This document shows, piece after piece, positions 21,650-33,162 of a stretch of DNA of 64,000 nucleotides (position 1 is the first letter of the stretch; each line of letters starts with the position of its first letter). This stretch comes from Cyanobacteriota bacterium (GTDB lineage Bacteria; Cyanobacteriota; Cyanobacteriia; PCC-6307; Cyanobiaceae). Location of the stretch: assembly GCA_046052125.1 (NCBI GenBank), contig JBJOMY010000006.1:46377-110376 (forward strand), read 5' to 3'. The notes beneath the pieces were generated by a model. It saw only the letters and a program-made list of their open reading frames with translations. It had not been told where the DNA came from and made no database searches. The translations under genes and the position numbers were made by a program.

Positions 21650-21979
21650 AAGTAGGGAGAAACGCCAGCAGGACCACCACTCCTCTGGAGTGGCGTGGCT
21701 GAATCGGTTGCGCAGTTGGCCGGATCGGCTGGGCTGCGTCCGGAGCGAACCGGGGAGCAGCGCGGAGATTCGGTTGGGCTAGCAGCGTCGAAACAGCGTG
21801 GGCTGGGACTTGCTGGGGCAGAGGGAGCAGAGCTCACTCACCAGATTCAGCAGTTTCCCGGCAGCTCGTGAGAGCCGCACAGGCCCGGGAAGGCCACCAC
21901 CACTGGTGACCTTTGTGCAGTGCGCTGGAGGCCCGGCTAGCGGACGGGCACAGTTGCAATTGCACAAGCAAAAATGGTA
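21650..21979 (-). promoter_or_regulatory. Long structured 5' leader and putative -10 (TACCAT, 21979-21974) of the rplC operon
   Basis: About 320 nt non-coding with several inverted repeats (see findings). Confidence 0.55.
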
Positions 21980-22048
21980 TCTCAACGCCCGACACCCCCC
22001 TGATTCGGCGCCGTCCTGCCAGACTCGCCCTCAGCATTCAGCCCCTCC

Positions 22049-22516
22049 ATGCCCCTGCTGCTCACCGGCCGCGGTTTCCGCCAGGAGCTCGAGCGGGCTG
22101 GGGCACTCGCGCTCTACGCGCCGCTTGAGGGAGGAGCCGAAACGCGTCTGCTGCGCCGGATGCGCGCTGCAGGCTATCGGGCACAGATCACCTCAGCCCG
22201 TGGCCTCGGCGATCCAGAAGCGTTTCTGCTCCAGCAACACGGCGTGCGGCCTCCCCACCTGGGGCACCAAAGCGTGGGCCGAGGTGCCGCCGTGGGCGAG
22301 GTGCAGATGGCAGCTCCCCAACTGGGACATCTATTTGACGGCGATGCACCGGTGCTGCTCTGGCTTCTGGAAGGCCAGGTGCTCTCCAAAGCTGAGCTCA
22401 GCTCCCTGCTGGAACTCACCAAGCGCGAACCCCGCCTGAAGCTCGTGGTGGAGCTGGGCGGTTCCCGGGCCCTGCGCTGGCAGCCTCTGGCTTCGGTGCT
22501 CGCCCAGGCCGCTTGA
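22049..22516 (+). CDS. ndhN: NAD(P)H-quinone oxidoreductase (NDH-1) subunit N
   Basis: [10 protein letters not shown]...YAPLEGGAE...[12 protein letters not shown]...HGVRPPHLG. Confidence 0.95.
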   Translation: MPLLLTGRGFRQELERAGALALYAPLEGGAETRLLRRMRAAGYRAQITSARGLGDPEAFLLQQHGVRPPHLGHQSVGRGAAVGEVQMAAPQLGHLFDGDAPVLLWLLEGQVLSKAELSSLLELTKREPRLKLVVELGGSRALRWQPLASVLAQAA

Positions 22517-23559
22517 GCGCCAGCGCGGCTCCTGAAGCCGCGCTGGCGGCGGGCCGCTGGGTGAAGTTGATTTGCGGCGCGGGCAACCAGGATCTGGCCG
22601 CGATCGAAGACCTCTGCGCCGTGTACAGCCTTGCCGGCGTGCACTGCATCGATGTAGCGGCGGATGCGGCTGTGGCCTCCGCAGCCCGGCGCGGCATGGC
22701 CTGGGCCGAGGAACGGGGTGCGGAGCGGCCCTGGCTGATGCTCAGCCTCAGCGATGGAGCCGACCCCCACTTCCGCAAAGCGGCCTTTGATCCCGAGCGC
22801 TGCCCCCCCGATTGCCCGCGGCCCTGCCAGCGCGTGTGCCCGGCCCGGGCGATCGGTGCCAGCGGCGGCGTTCTGTCCGAGCGCTGCTACGGCTGCGGCC
22901 GCTGCCTACCCGCCTGCCCCCTGGGGCTGATTGAGGAGCAGCAGGTGCTCCTCAGCGCCGCTGCCGTGCCTGAGCTGCTGCAAGGGGTGCAGCCCGATGC
23001 CGTGGAGCTACACACCCAAGCCGGCCGGCAGAGCGCCTTCGCCGAACGGCTGCATCAAGTGCTGGCCAGCGGCGTGGCGCTCAAACGCCTGGCGGTGAGC
23101 TGTGGCCTGGAGCGCGGCGCCTGTGCCAAAGGCTCCCGCTCACAAGAGCTGAACAGCCCGTTGAGCACCCGTGAGCTGGCGGCTGAGCTGTGGCAGCGCT
23201 TCAGCGCCGTGCGCCAGGCCGGGCTGCGACCGCTCTGGCAGTTGGATGGCCGGCCGATGAGTGGCGATGTGGGTGCCGGCACCGCGCACTCAGCGGTGAA
23301 ATTGCTGGAGGCGATCCGCCCCTGGGCCCCCCCTGGCCCCCTGCAGCTCGCGGGTGGCACCAATGCCACCACTGCAACGCTGCTGCGCCCCGACAGCGGA
23401 GCCGCCGGTGTGGCCTTTGGCGGCATGGCGCGCAACCTGCTGCAACCGCTGCTCCAGAGCGCCGAAGCGCGCCAACGAGCGCTACGCGATTGCCCGGATC
23501 TGCTCGATCAAGCGCTGAGCAGCGTTCAAGCCTTGCTGGCTCCCTGGCAGACGCGCTGA
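22513..23559 (+). CDS. ldpA: Light-dependent period protein LdpA (4Fe-4S circadian input protein)
   Basis: [62 protein letters not shown] start overlaps ndhN stop. Confidence 0.92.
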   Translation: MSASAAPEAALAAGRWVKLICGAGNQDLAAIEDLCAVYSLAGVHCIDVAADAAVASAARRGMAWAEERGAERPWLMLSLSDGADPHFRKAAFDPERCPPDCPRPCQRVCPARAIGASGGVLSERCYGCGRCLPACPLGLIEEQQVLLSAAAVPELLQGVQPDAVELHTQAGRQSAFAERLHQVLASGVALKRLAVSCGLERGACAKGSRSQELNSPLSTRELAAELWQRFSAVRQAGLRPLWQLDGRPMSGDVGAGTAHSAVKLLEAIRPWAPPGPLQLAGGTNATTATLLRPDSGAAGVAFGGMARNLLQPLLQSAEARQRALRDCPDLLDQALSSVQALLAPWQTR

Positions 23560-23611
23560 TGGCTAGAACGCGTGTTCAGGAGTTACGGCCCGGCTGCCGG
23601 CTCCCCCCTCC

Positions 23612-25267
<1,656 letters not shown>

Positions 25268-25379
25268 GGCTGTTTCAGCGGTGAGTTTCCGCCCTGACAT
25301 TGACGAAGGTCGGCCCGCTGTGGGTAACTATCTGAGTGCTCGCACAGCGGTGCTTCGGCGCCTGATCTGAGCAGCTCGT

Positions 25380-25451
25380 TGGGCCGTCGCCAAGTGGTAA
25401 GGCAGCGGGTTTTGGTCCCGCCATTCCTAGGTTCGAATCCTAGCGGCCCAG
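25380..25451 (+). tRNA. tRNA-Gln(TTG)
   Basis: TGGGCCG...GCGGG-TT-TTG-GT-CCCGC...GGTTCGAATCC...CGGCCCAG; 72-nt cloverleaf. Confidence 0.97.
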
Positions 25452-25472
25452 TTTTCATCACCCCCACCAGCC

Positions 25473-26225
25473 ATGGCTAACGCGCCACTGCTGGTGTTTG
25501 ATTTCGACGGCGTGCTGGTCGACGGCATGGCCGAGTACTGGTGGAGCGCACGCCGCGCCGCCTTGAGCCTGCGCCCCGAGCGGCAGCTACCGGAGCAGGC
25601 ACCAGCGGGCTTCAGCCAACTGCGGCCCCTCATCCACAAGGGCTGGGAGATGGTGCTGGCCGCCCTGGAGCTCTCCCGAGCTGACCTGGAACTCAGCGAT
25701 TACATCGCCCATTACGACGACCATCTGCACACCGCCCTGAACCGCTGGCAACTCGCGCCGGCCGCCCTGCAGACCTGCCTGGAGCAGCTCCGCAGCGATG
25801 CGATCCGGGAAGCCCCCCAGGCCTGGCTGGCGCTGCATCGGCCCTACCCGGGGGTGATCGAACGCCTGCAGGCCCTCACGGCGGAGCGCACTCCCTGGCG
25901 GGTGCTCACCACCAAAGGCGGCAGCTTTGCCCGTGAGCTGCTTCAGGCGTATGGCCTCGAGCCCGAAGCCGTGGATGGCCATGAGCAGGGCAGCAAGCCC
26001 GAGGTGCTTCTGGAACTCAGCCGCAGCCAGCCACGACCGCTCTGGTTTATCGAAGATCGCCGGCCCACCCTGGAAAGCGTGCGCGACACAGCGGGGCTGG
26101 AGAAGGTGCGCTGCTTCCTGGTGTCGTGGGGCTACCTGGCACCGGGCGACCGGGTCGATCTACCGGAGGGCATCGCCCTGCTGAAGCCGGAGCAGTTCGC
26201 CCAGCCCCTGACACGCTGGCCCTGA
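25473..26225 (+). CDS. HAD-superfamily hydrolase
   Basis: VFDFDGVLVD motif I, VLTTK, FIEDR, SWGY. Confidence 0.88.
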   Translation: MANAPLLVFDFDGVLVDGMAEYWWSARRAALSLRPERQLPEQAPAGFSQLRPLIHKGWEMVLAALELSRADLELSDYIAHYDDHLHTALNRWQLAPAALQTCLEQLRSDAIREAPQAWLALHRPYPGVIERLQALTAERTPWRVLTTKGGSFARELLQAYGLEPEAVDGHEQGSKPEVLLELSRSQPRPLWFIEDRRPTLESVRDTAGLEKVRCFLVSWGYLAPGDRVDLPEGIALLKPEQFAQPLTRWP

Positions 26226-26233
26226 TCCGCTAG

Positions 26234-26247
26234 CGTACGCCTGTACT
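26234..26247 (+). promoter_or_regulatory. Cyanobacterial LexA (SOS) box upstream of recA
   Basis: CGTAC-GCC-TGTACT is one mismatch from the cyanobacterial consensus RGTACNNNDGTWCB and overlaps putative -10 TAGCGT (26231-26236). Confidence 0.75.
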
Positions 26248-26381
26248 ACAGCCAGGTTGAGCCGGCAGCGGTGAAACATCTGGCGCCTGCGGTGGCACTT
26301 CTTTTGATGAGGTCGCCCAGGATGAGTCCGGTTCCGCCGGCTCCCTGCACCGCGGCCTGCTCCCATCGCTGATTCGCAGAC

Positions 26382-27521
26382 ATGCCTGCCGACACCAAAG
26401 CAAGCGCCGCCTCCAACGGCAGCAACGCCCCCAGCACCACCAACCCCGAACGCGACAAGGCCCTGGGCCTGGTGCTCAATCAGATCGAGCGCAACTTCGG
26501 CAAGGGCTCGATCATGCGCCTGGGCGATGCGTCGCGAATGCGCATCGAAACCAGCCCCACGGGCGCCCTCACGCTAGATCTAGCCCTGGGCGGCGGCTAC
26601 CCCAAGGGCCGCGTGGTGGAGATCTATGGCCCGGAGAGCTCGGGTAAAACCACGCTCACCCTGCATGCCATCGCCGAGGTGCAGCGCCGCGGTGGTGTGG
26701 CCGCCTTCGTGGACGCCGAGCATGCCCTCGATCCGGTGTATGCCGCGGCCCTCGGCGTGGACATTGAAAACCTGCTGGTCTCGCAGCCGGACACCGGCGA
26801 GATGGCTCTGGAGATCGTGGACCAGCTGGTGCGTTCCGCCGCGGTGGACATCGTGGTGGTCGACTCCGTGGCCGCTCTCACCCCCCGGGCGGAGATCGAA
26901 GGGGAGATGGGCGATCTGGCCGTGGGCAGTCAGGCGCGCCTGATGAGCCAGGCGATGCGCAAGATCACCGGCAATATCGGCAAATCAGGCTGCACGGTGA
27001 TCTTCCTCAACCAGCTGCGCCAAAAGATCGGCGTGACCTACGGCAACCCGGAAACCACCACCGGCGGTAACGCGCTGAAGTTCTATGCCTCGGTGCGCCT
27101 CGACATCCGCCGCATCCAGACCCTCAAGCGCGGCACCGAGGAATACGGCATCCGCGCCAAGGTGAAGGTGGCCAAAAACAAAGTGGCGCCACCGTTCCGC
27201 ATCGCCGAGTTCGACATCCTGTTTGGCCGTGGCATCAGCACCGTGGGCTGCCTGCTCGACCTGGCCGAAGAGAACGGCGTGGTGGTGCGTAAAGGCGCCT
27301 GGTACAGCTACGAGGGCGACAACATCGGCCAGGGCCGCGACAACACGATCACCTGGCTGGAGCAGAACCCGGAGCCCAAAGAGCGGATCGAGCTGCAGGT
27401 GCGCGAGAAGCTGAGCGAAACCAGCGACTCACTCAAGCCTGTGGCTGCCGCTGCCGCCCGCCTCGCGGCCGCCGGCTCGGCTGCAGCCACCAGCGACGAG
27501 GCCGTGCCCGCCGCCAGCTGA
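26382..27521 (+). CDS. recA: Recombinase A
   Basis: [42 protein letters not shown]; no intein. Confidence 0.99.
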   Translation: MPADTKASAASNGSNAPSTTNPERDKALGLVLNQIERNFGKGSIMRLGDASRMRIETSPTGALTLDLALGGGYPKGRVVEIYGPESSGKTTLTLHAIAEVQRRGGVAAFVDAEHALDPVYAAALGVDIENLLVSQPDTGEMALEIVDQLVRSAAVDIVVVDSVAALTPRAEIEGEMGDLAVGSQARLMSQAMRKITGNIGKSGCTVIFLNQLRQKIGVTYGNPETTTGGNALKFYASVRLDIRRIQTLKRGTEEYGIRAKVKVAKNKVAPPFRIAEFDILFGRGISTVGCLLDLAEENGVVVRKGAWYSYEGDNIGQGRDNTITWLEQNPEPKERIELQVREKLSETSDSLKPVAAAAARLAAAGSAAATSDEAVPAAS

Positions 27522-27533
27522 TTCGTAGCCAGT

Positions 27534-27564
27534 AAAAAGCCCCCGCCTTGAGGCGGGGGCTTTT
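27534..27564. terminator. Bidirectional terminator
   Basis: aaaaagcccccgcc-ttga-ggcgggggctttt. Confidence 0.85.
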
Positions 27565-27582
27565 AGGAAAGTAAAATCGCTC

Positions 27583-27921
27583 TCAGGCCTTCAGAGCTGA
27601 AGAAGGGAGCGCCTCACGCGCATGCAAGGCAGAGGCAACGCGCTCGAGCTCCTGGATGGCTTCAGCGCCTTCAAACTTCACCAGCTCGTGGCCGTTGCGC
27701 GACTCGACCCAGCTGATGCCGTAGTCGGAGACCAGGAAACGAACCATGTGGCCGTCGCCGAGATCGGCCACAAACGAAGCACCGTGGCCGTCACGATCAT
27801 CGCCGCACACGTAGCAAGTAGCGGCAAATCCCTGCTGCTGCAGACCATCAGCAAGAGCCCGCAGGCTCATCACCAGGTCTTCAACAACCGACCGGTAGTG
27901 CTCAGCAAGACGCGCAAACAT
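27583..27921 (-). CDS. Conserved cyanobacterial protein (DUF1815-like)
   Basis: MFARLAEHYRSVVEDLVMSLRALA...RFLVSDYGISWVE; family assigned from recall. Confidence 0.75.
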   Translation of the reverse strand: MFARLAEHYRSVVEDLVMSLRALADGLQQQGFAATCYVCGDDRDGHGASFVADLGDGHMVRFLVSDYGISWVESRNGHELVKFEGAEAIQELERVASALHAREALPSSALKA

Positions 27922-28014
27922 GGGCGCAGAGCATTGGATGCGCCCACTCTAAGGTTTTCTTCAGGATTGCGTGAGTAGAAATACTCTTCCCTCCTGGCCG
28001 GTGCCGATTCGCGT

Positions 28015-28260
28015 TCAGCCGTCCGCGAGGCTCCACCAGCCTGCTGCAGGGCCGATGAAGCGCACGATCACCCAGAACAGCACCAGAGCGCCAATGCCGA
28101 TCCAGGCTCCACGGGTGGTGAGCTGCACAAATTGCTCTCCCTGACGCTGGGTCAGCGGCAACCAGGGCGCCAGCCGAGGGGAGGTGTCAACGGGCTTCGC
28201 CTTGGCGGGTTTGGGGCGCGCAGGCAATCCCTGTTCAGCGCGGCGTTTGGCCTCTCCCAT
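28015..28260 (-). CDS. Small membrane protein (DUF2839-like)
   Basis: MGEAKRR...TTRGAWIGIG..FWVIVRFIGPAAGWW. Confidence 0.8.
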   Translation of the reverse strand: MGEAKRRAEQGLPARPKPAKAKPVDTSPRLAPWLPLTQRQGEQFVQLTTRGAWIGIGALVLFWVIVRFIGPAAGWWSLADG

Positions 28261-28296
28261 CGAGCCCGTTCACAACAGCAGCCCAGGGTAGTGGCC

Positions 28297-29730
28297 TTAA
28301 TCAGGTCGCAAACGGGTCAGGGCTACCCAGGGCTGCAAGGCCTCAAGCACCGTGCGGCCCCAGCCGCGGCGGCGCATGCGCCCATCCAGCACCGCCAGGC
28401 GACCGCTGTTGCGGCGCACACCAGCCACGGCCAGCTGTAGCCGCTGCAGAGCATCCGGCAGCAGTAGCTCCCGGAACCAATCACGACCCTGAAGCCGCAA
28501 GGCGCCCACCCGGGCAGCTGTGAGCGGATCTTCCAGGCTGGCGATCGGCAGGGTGGCCGCCACCAATTGCGAAGGCAGCGGCAAGCGCGACTGATGCTCC
28601 AGCCACCAGCTCCAGCTGCAGCAGATCACGCCATTGCTCTCCGGTGCGGTGAGTTGATGCCCCACCCGCGAACCAAATTCGGCGGCCAAGCCACTGGTGA
28701 GGCTCAGCCGTAGATCCTCGTCGTCAAGCAGCACCACCGTGAGGCCGCTCTGGCCCAGCACCAACCGGCGGCATTGATCGAGCAGATGGGTGGCGTAGTG
28801 GGGTGCGTTGGGCAGGGGCTGACCCTGGGGGGCAAAAAGGGGCAGGGGGTCGAGCAATGGGGGATCGGCGAGGCTCAACTCCACCTGCGGGGTAAAGCCC
28901 AGCACCGGCCCCTGGGCCTGCAGCCAGGGACCCACCAGCACCACACCGCGCCCGTGCAACAGGCCAGGCAGTTCCGCCAGGGGCTGCAGTGGTTGGCGGT
29001 GCCACTGCCACTGCAGCAGCGTGGCGTTGATCTGGGCCCAGCTGGTCCAGCCATCCCCGGCGCTGGCCATCCATTGCGGCCACGGCTCCGGCAGCGGCCC
29101 GAGCACCGCCAGCAACTGACGCAGCGGTGCCTCCTCCTCGGGCGCAATGCCCACCTGCTGCAGCGGGCCGCAGGGGCGCGCCAACAGGCGACGACTCAGC
29201 CGCTCGTGCAGCTGCAGCAAGCTGGCCGAGGCAGCCGGAAGGCTGCGGCGCAGCTGCTCCCAATGGGCCGTGTCGATCACCACAGCGAGGGATTCCCTCA
29301 GCCGCGGCTCCAGCAGCTCCCCCTCAGGCACCACCAGCTGGTGATCGGCCAGGGTTCCATCACGCCAGGCCTGAACGAGCTGCTCATGCTGCAGCAACCA
29401 GAGCTGGCCCGCCGGCGGAGCCTGGGGACCCTCCCAGCAAGCGAGCCGCAGACCCACCGCCTCAAGCCGGGGTAGCTCCACCTGCAGCAAGCGCTGGCGC
29501 AGCGCCGCACTCACCACCATCGCCACCGGCTGCTCATGCAGTGCCAAGGGCACAAGCAACCCAAGCAACCAGCTGGGATCACTGCCGGGCGCCAGGCGCA
29601 CGAGGGTTTGATCCGACCGCCGCAGGCTGCGGGCCACCAGCCGGCTCAAGGTGAGGTGGTGGGGCCAGCGGGCTTCACCGGCCTGTTGGAGCAAGGCCTT
29701 GAGTTGGTGGTGGGCCCGTGCTTCCAGCAT
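28297..29730 (-). CDS. DinG/YoaA-like helicase-fold protein, degenerate
   Basis: MLEARAHHQLK...WPHHLTLSRLVARSL; C-terminal LPIASLEDP, AVLDGR (helicase C2-like); ATG at 29730. Confidence 0.75.
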   Translation of the reverse strand: MLEARAHHQLKALLQQAGEARWPHHLTLSRLVARSLRRSDQTLVRLAPGSDPSWLLGLLVPLALHEQPVAMVVSAALRQRLLQVELPRLEAVGLRLACWEGPQAPPAGQLWLLQHEQLVQAWRDGTLADHQLVVPEGELLEPRLRESLAVVIDTAHWEQLRRSLPAASASLLQLHERLSRRLLARPCGPLQQVGIAPEEEAPLRQLLAVLGPLPEPWPQWMASAGDGWTSWAQINATLLQWQWHRQPLQPLAELPGLLHGRGVVLVGPWLQAQGPVLGFTPQVELSLADPPLLDPLPLFAPQGQPLPNAPHYATHLLDQCRRLVLGQSGLTVVLLDDEDLRLSLTSGLAAEFGSRVGHQLTAPESNGVICCSWSWWLEHQSRLPLPSQLVAATLPIASLEDPLTAARVGALRLQGRDWFRELLLPDALQRLQLAVAGVRRNSGRLAVLDGRMRRRGWGRTVLEALQPWVALTRLRPD

Positions 29731-29771
29731 CGTGAAATCGTAGGAAGCTGGCCTGAAGGCACTGTTCAGAG

Positions 29772-30662
29772 ATGACATCCAGCCAAGGGCCGTCGTCCCC
29801 GGCCGTGAATGCCTTGAGCGGGCAAGCGGTGGGCATCGTGGGGCTCGGCCTGATCGGTGGATCGCTGGGGCTGGATCTGCAGGCCGCGGGTGTGGAGGTG
29901 CGTGCTCTGGTGCACCGCGACAGCACCGCCCAACGGGCCCGTGAGCGCCGGCTGGCCCAGCACATCGACACCGATCCCGGCGTCTTGGAGGGCTGTGGCC
30001 TGATCGTGCTGGCCCTGCCTCTGGATCGCCTCCTCGATCCACCGAACACCCTGCTGGCCGCGCTGCCGACCGATGCTGTGATCACCGATGTGGGATCCGT
30101 GAAGCAACCGGTGCTGGAGCGATGGGAGCCGCTGCACCGCCGCTTCGTGGCCAGCCACCCCATGGCGGGCACCGCAGAAGCCGGGGTGGAGGCCGGCATC
30201 CGGGGGTTATTCGCCGGACGGCCCTGGGTGGCCACACCAACCCCGGGCACTGATCCAATCGCCCTTGCCGCTGTAGAGGAGCTAGCCGCTCTGGTGCAGG
30301 CGCAATGGCTCACCTGCGAAGCCGCTGCCCATGACCAGGCCGTGGCTCTGATCTCCCATATGCCGGTGTTGGTGAGTGCGGCACTGCTGGAGGCGGCGGA
30401 TCTGGGCGGCAGTGCCGCAGGAGCCGATGCCTTGGTGCGCCAGCTGGCCTCCAGCGGATTTGCCGACACCAGCCGCATCGGCGGCGGCAACCCGGAGCTC
30501 GGCACCCTGATGGCGCGTTGCAACCGAGACGCAGTGCGTGAAGCACTGCACAACTACCGCAACCAGCTCGAGCAGCTGGAAGCCCTGGTGGATCAGCAGC
30601 AGTGGCAGGAGCTGGAGGGGCGGCTGCAGCGCTGCCAGGCGCTGCGGCCCGATTTCCTGTGA
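29772..30662 (+). CDS. tyrA: Prephenate/arogenate dehydrogenase
   Basis: GLGLIGGS, TDVGSVK, SHPMAG, HDQAVALISH, GFADTSRIG. Confidence 0.93.
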   Translation: MTSSQGPSSPAVNALSGQAVGIVGLGLIGGSLGLDLQAAGVEVRALVHRDSTAQRARERRLAQHIDTDPGVLEGCGLIVLALPLDRLLDPPNTLLAALPTDAVITDVGSVKQPVLERWEPLHRRFVASHPMAGTAEAGVEAGIRGLFAGRPWVATPTPGTDPIALAAVEELAALVQAQWLTCEAAAHDQAVALISHMPVLVSAALLEAADLGGSAAGADALVRQLASSGFADTSRIGGGNPELGTLMARCNRDAVREALHNYRNQLEQLEALVDQQQWQELEGRLQRCQALRPDFL

Positions 30663-30671
30663 AGCCGGCGG

Positions 30672-32174
30672 CTAAGACGCCAGCTGCAGGTTGCGGCCGG
30701 CAGCGGCGAGCAGCTGCCGGCAAGCGGTGAAGGCCGAGAGGCTCACCCCTGCAGTGCCTTCACCGGGGTAGATGGCATCACCGCAGAGCCAAAGGCCTGG
30801 CAGAGGAGTGCGGCTGGCCAGCCCAAAGGGACCGAAGCGGCTCGGGTGCTGCCCCAGACCACCGACGAACCCAAACGGCCGGCCCGTCCAACCAGCAAAG
30901 CCCCGCGGCGTGGCCAACTCCACGTGGAGGTAATCGGAAGCGTTCACGCCCAGCAATCGCTCCAGGCCGGCTTGGATCCCTGCCAAAGCCTCTTGCTTGC
31001 GCTGCTGGTAATCCAACTCCGCTAGGTCAAACCAGGGCCGGGCCGGCGTGAACACGCTGGCGATCACGGTGGCCTGCCCTGCAGGAGCGCGGCCATCGCC
31101 CTCCGCGCTGATCGACACGAACAGGTTGCCTGGCTCACTCCACTCGAGCTGGGCGTGCAGGCCCAGGTGCCGCGGCAGTCGCTCGCGGGCCACAGCTCCG
31201 TAAAGCACCAGGGCTCCGGAGGGGTCTGGAAACCCTGCGATCCGGCGGCCATAGGGCTCGGGCAAGGTCTCTCCCAGCAGCTCCGGCAACAGTTGGGGCG
31301 GCAGGGTGTTCACCACCTGCTTGGCCTCAAGCGCAAACGGCCGCTGGCCTGGTCCCACGCCCTCCAAGTGCCAACCCTTGCCGGCCGGGCGCAGCGCTTG
31401 CAGGCGGTGCCGAAGCCGCAGCCTCCCGCCGGCCTGCGCCAGCGCCTGCTCCAGCGCCTGGCTCAACTGCTGCATGGAACCGTGCAAGTGCCAGAGGCCC
31501 AGGGGCTCCTGCGCCATCGCCAGCACCGTGGCGCCGTAGAGGGCGGCTGTGCGATCGGCAGGCTCCTGGGAATAGAGCTTGAGCTGCAGATCCAGAAAGC
31601 GCCGGAGGCGCTGATCGGCGCCGCAGCGGGTGAGCTGCAACAGATCAGCGATGCTGGCGCCCACGAGCACACCACTGATCAACGTGGATGGATCCACCGC
31701 CCCAAGCAGCTGGCGGAGATCCCAGAGCGTGCGTGGGGGCAGCACAGGGTCACGGCCGGCGAAAGCCCAGTTGCTGCGATGGAGCCAGGCGCACAGCTGC
31801 CAGAAGCGCTCGCTGCCCGGGAACTGGCACTGGCGCTCCTGCTGCCAGCGCTGAGGGTCCCGCCAGAGGTGAATGGGCTCCGTTTCCCCTGCCAGCTGCA
31901 CACTGCAGCCCGGATTGAGAGGGGTGGCCTCTGGCAGCGGCAGGTTGAAGTGATGGAAGAGGCGCTGGTGGATCCCGCCCGGCTCGAATCCCGCCACCTG
32001 GGTGGCGCCCACATCGAAGGTGTAAGGCCCGCGACGGAACGTGCCCGCGCAACCACCGCTCTGGCTGTGGGCCTCAAGCAGCTCCACATCCAGGCCCTCG
32101 GCGGCCAGCAGGGCTGCGGAAGTGAGGCCGGCGATGCCGCCTCCCACCACCGCCACATCACAACGGCTCAACAT
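30672..32174 (-). CDS. crtD: Carotenoid C-3',4' desaturase (CrtD-like FAD oxidoreductase)
   Basis: VGGGIAGL, FDVGATQVAG, LWHLHGSMQ, ATPRGF, GDAIYPGEGTAGVS; ATG at 32174. Confidence 0.85.
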   Translation of the reverse strand: MLSRCDVAVVGGGIAGLTSAALLAAEGLDVELLEAHSQSGGCAGTFRRGPYTFDVGATQVAGFEPGGIHQRLFHHFNLPLPEATPLNPGCSVQLAGETEPIHLWRDPQRWQQERQCQFPGSERFWQLCAWLHRSNWAFAGRDPVLPPRTLWDLRQLLGAVDPSTLISGVLVGASIADLLQLTRCGADQRLRRFLDLQLKLYSQEPADRTAALYGATVLAMAQEPLGLWHLHGSMQQLSQALEQALAQAGGRLRLRHRLQALRPAGKGWHLEGVGPGQRPFALEAKQVVNTLPPQLLPELLGETLPEPYGRRIAGFPDPSGALVLYGAVARERLPRHLGLHAQLEWSEPGNLFVSISAEGDGRAPAGQATVIASVFTPARPWFDLAELDYQQRKQEALAGIQAGLERLLGVNASDYLHVELATPRGFAGWTGRPFGFVGGLGQHPSRFGPFGLASRTPLPGLWLCGDAIYPGEGTAGVSLSAFTACRQLLAAAGRNLQLAS

Positions 32175-32223
32175 GCCGGCATGCTGGCAGCGCCTCAAGC
32201 GCCGGCGTGAGTCGGGAGTCGCC

Positions 32224-33126
32224 ATGCAGCAGCCCGTGATGGCGCGCTGGCTCGCCCAGCAGGGGATGGAGCTGGTGAGCATGCAGCCCGTGGGTGGTGG
32301 CTGCATTCACCGCGCCTGGCAGCTGGAGCTGAGGAATGGATCCCGCCGCTTCGCCAAAACCAACCATGCATCCCTGCTGCCTGTCTTGGCAGCCGAAGCG
32401 GATGGTCTAGAGGCCCTGGCTGCCGCCGCCGAGACCGGAGCCGCCAGCGGCCCCACCCCCACCATTCCCCAGATGCTTGGGCTGGCGGAACTGGAGGGTG
32501 AGGCGGTGCTGCTGCTGAGCTGGCTGGAGTTGGGGCCCGGTAGCCCCCAGGGCTGGCAGGAGCTGGGAGCGGGCCTGGCCAGGCTGCATCGCGGCAGCCT
32601 CACGGCCGGTGAGCGCCGCTTCGGCTGGCCTTCCAACAACTTCATCGGTTCAGGACACCAAGCCAACAGCTGGCAGAGCAGCTGGGGAGCCTTCTGGCGC
32701 GACCAGCGACTGGGGGTCCAGCTACGGCAAGCCGAAGCGGCAGGGCGAGCACTCCCTCAGGCACAAAGGCTGTTGGAGCTGGTGCCCGAGTGGCTCAGCC
32801 AGCATCAACCCGACGCCTGCTTAGTGCATGGCGATCTGTGGAGCGGCAACGCATCCCTGCTCAGGGGGGGCGGTTCAGCCCTGTTCGATCCAGCGGTGTA
32901 CCGGGGCGACCGCGAAGTGGATCTGGCCATGGCCCGATTGTTTGGTGGCTTTCCGGCCCCCTTCTTCGAGGGCTACACGCAGGAGTGGCCCCTGCCGGAG
33001 GACCACCGGAAGCGGGTGGATCTCTACAACCTGTATCACCTGCTCAATCACGCCAATCTCTTTGGCGGGAGCTACTGGCACCAAAGCGCCGCCAGCATCC
33101 AGGCACTGCTGCGCACCTGGGGCTGA
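32224..33126 (+). CDS. Fructosamine kinase family protein
   Basis: VGGGCIH, FGWPSNNFIG, LVHGDLWSGN, FDPAVY.GDREVDLAM, YHLLNH. Confidence 0.9.
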   Translation: MQQPVMARWLAQQGMELVSMQPVGGGCIHRAWQLELRNGSRRFAKTNHASLLPVLAAEADGLEALAAAAETGAASGPTPTIPQMLGLAELEGEAVLLLSWLELGPGSPQGWQELGAGLARLHRGSLTAGERRFGWPSNNFIGSGHQANSWQSSWGAFWRDQRLGVQLRQAEAAGRALPQAQRLLELVPEWLSQHQPDACLVHGDLWSGNASLLRGGGSALFDPAVYRGDREVDLAMARLFGGFPAPFFEGYTQEWPLPEDHRKRVDLYNLYHLLNHANLFGGSYWHQSAASIQALLRTWG

Positions 33127-33162
33127 CGGCGCTCTGGGGAGGGATCCATCAGATCCCAACCT

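Noticed and set aside
6400..21700. Long plus-strand ORFs opposite the ribosomal genes (e.g. 11487-13037, 19349-20443, 20082-21107)
   Set aside because: Antisense shadows of GC-biased, highly expressed genes; no recognisable motifs
9700..21700. Absence of rpsJ, rpsN, rpmD and rpsD from the ribosomal cluster
   Set aside because: Normal cyanobacterial organisation, not a deletion
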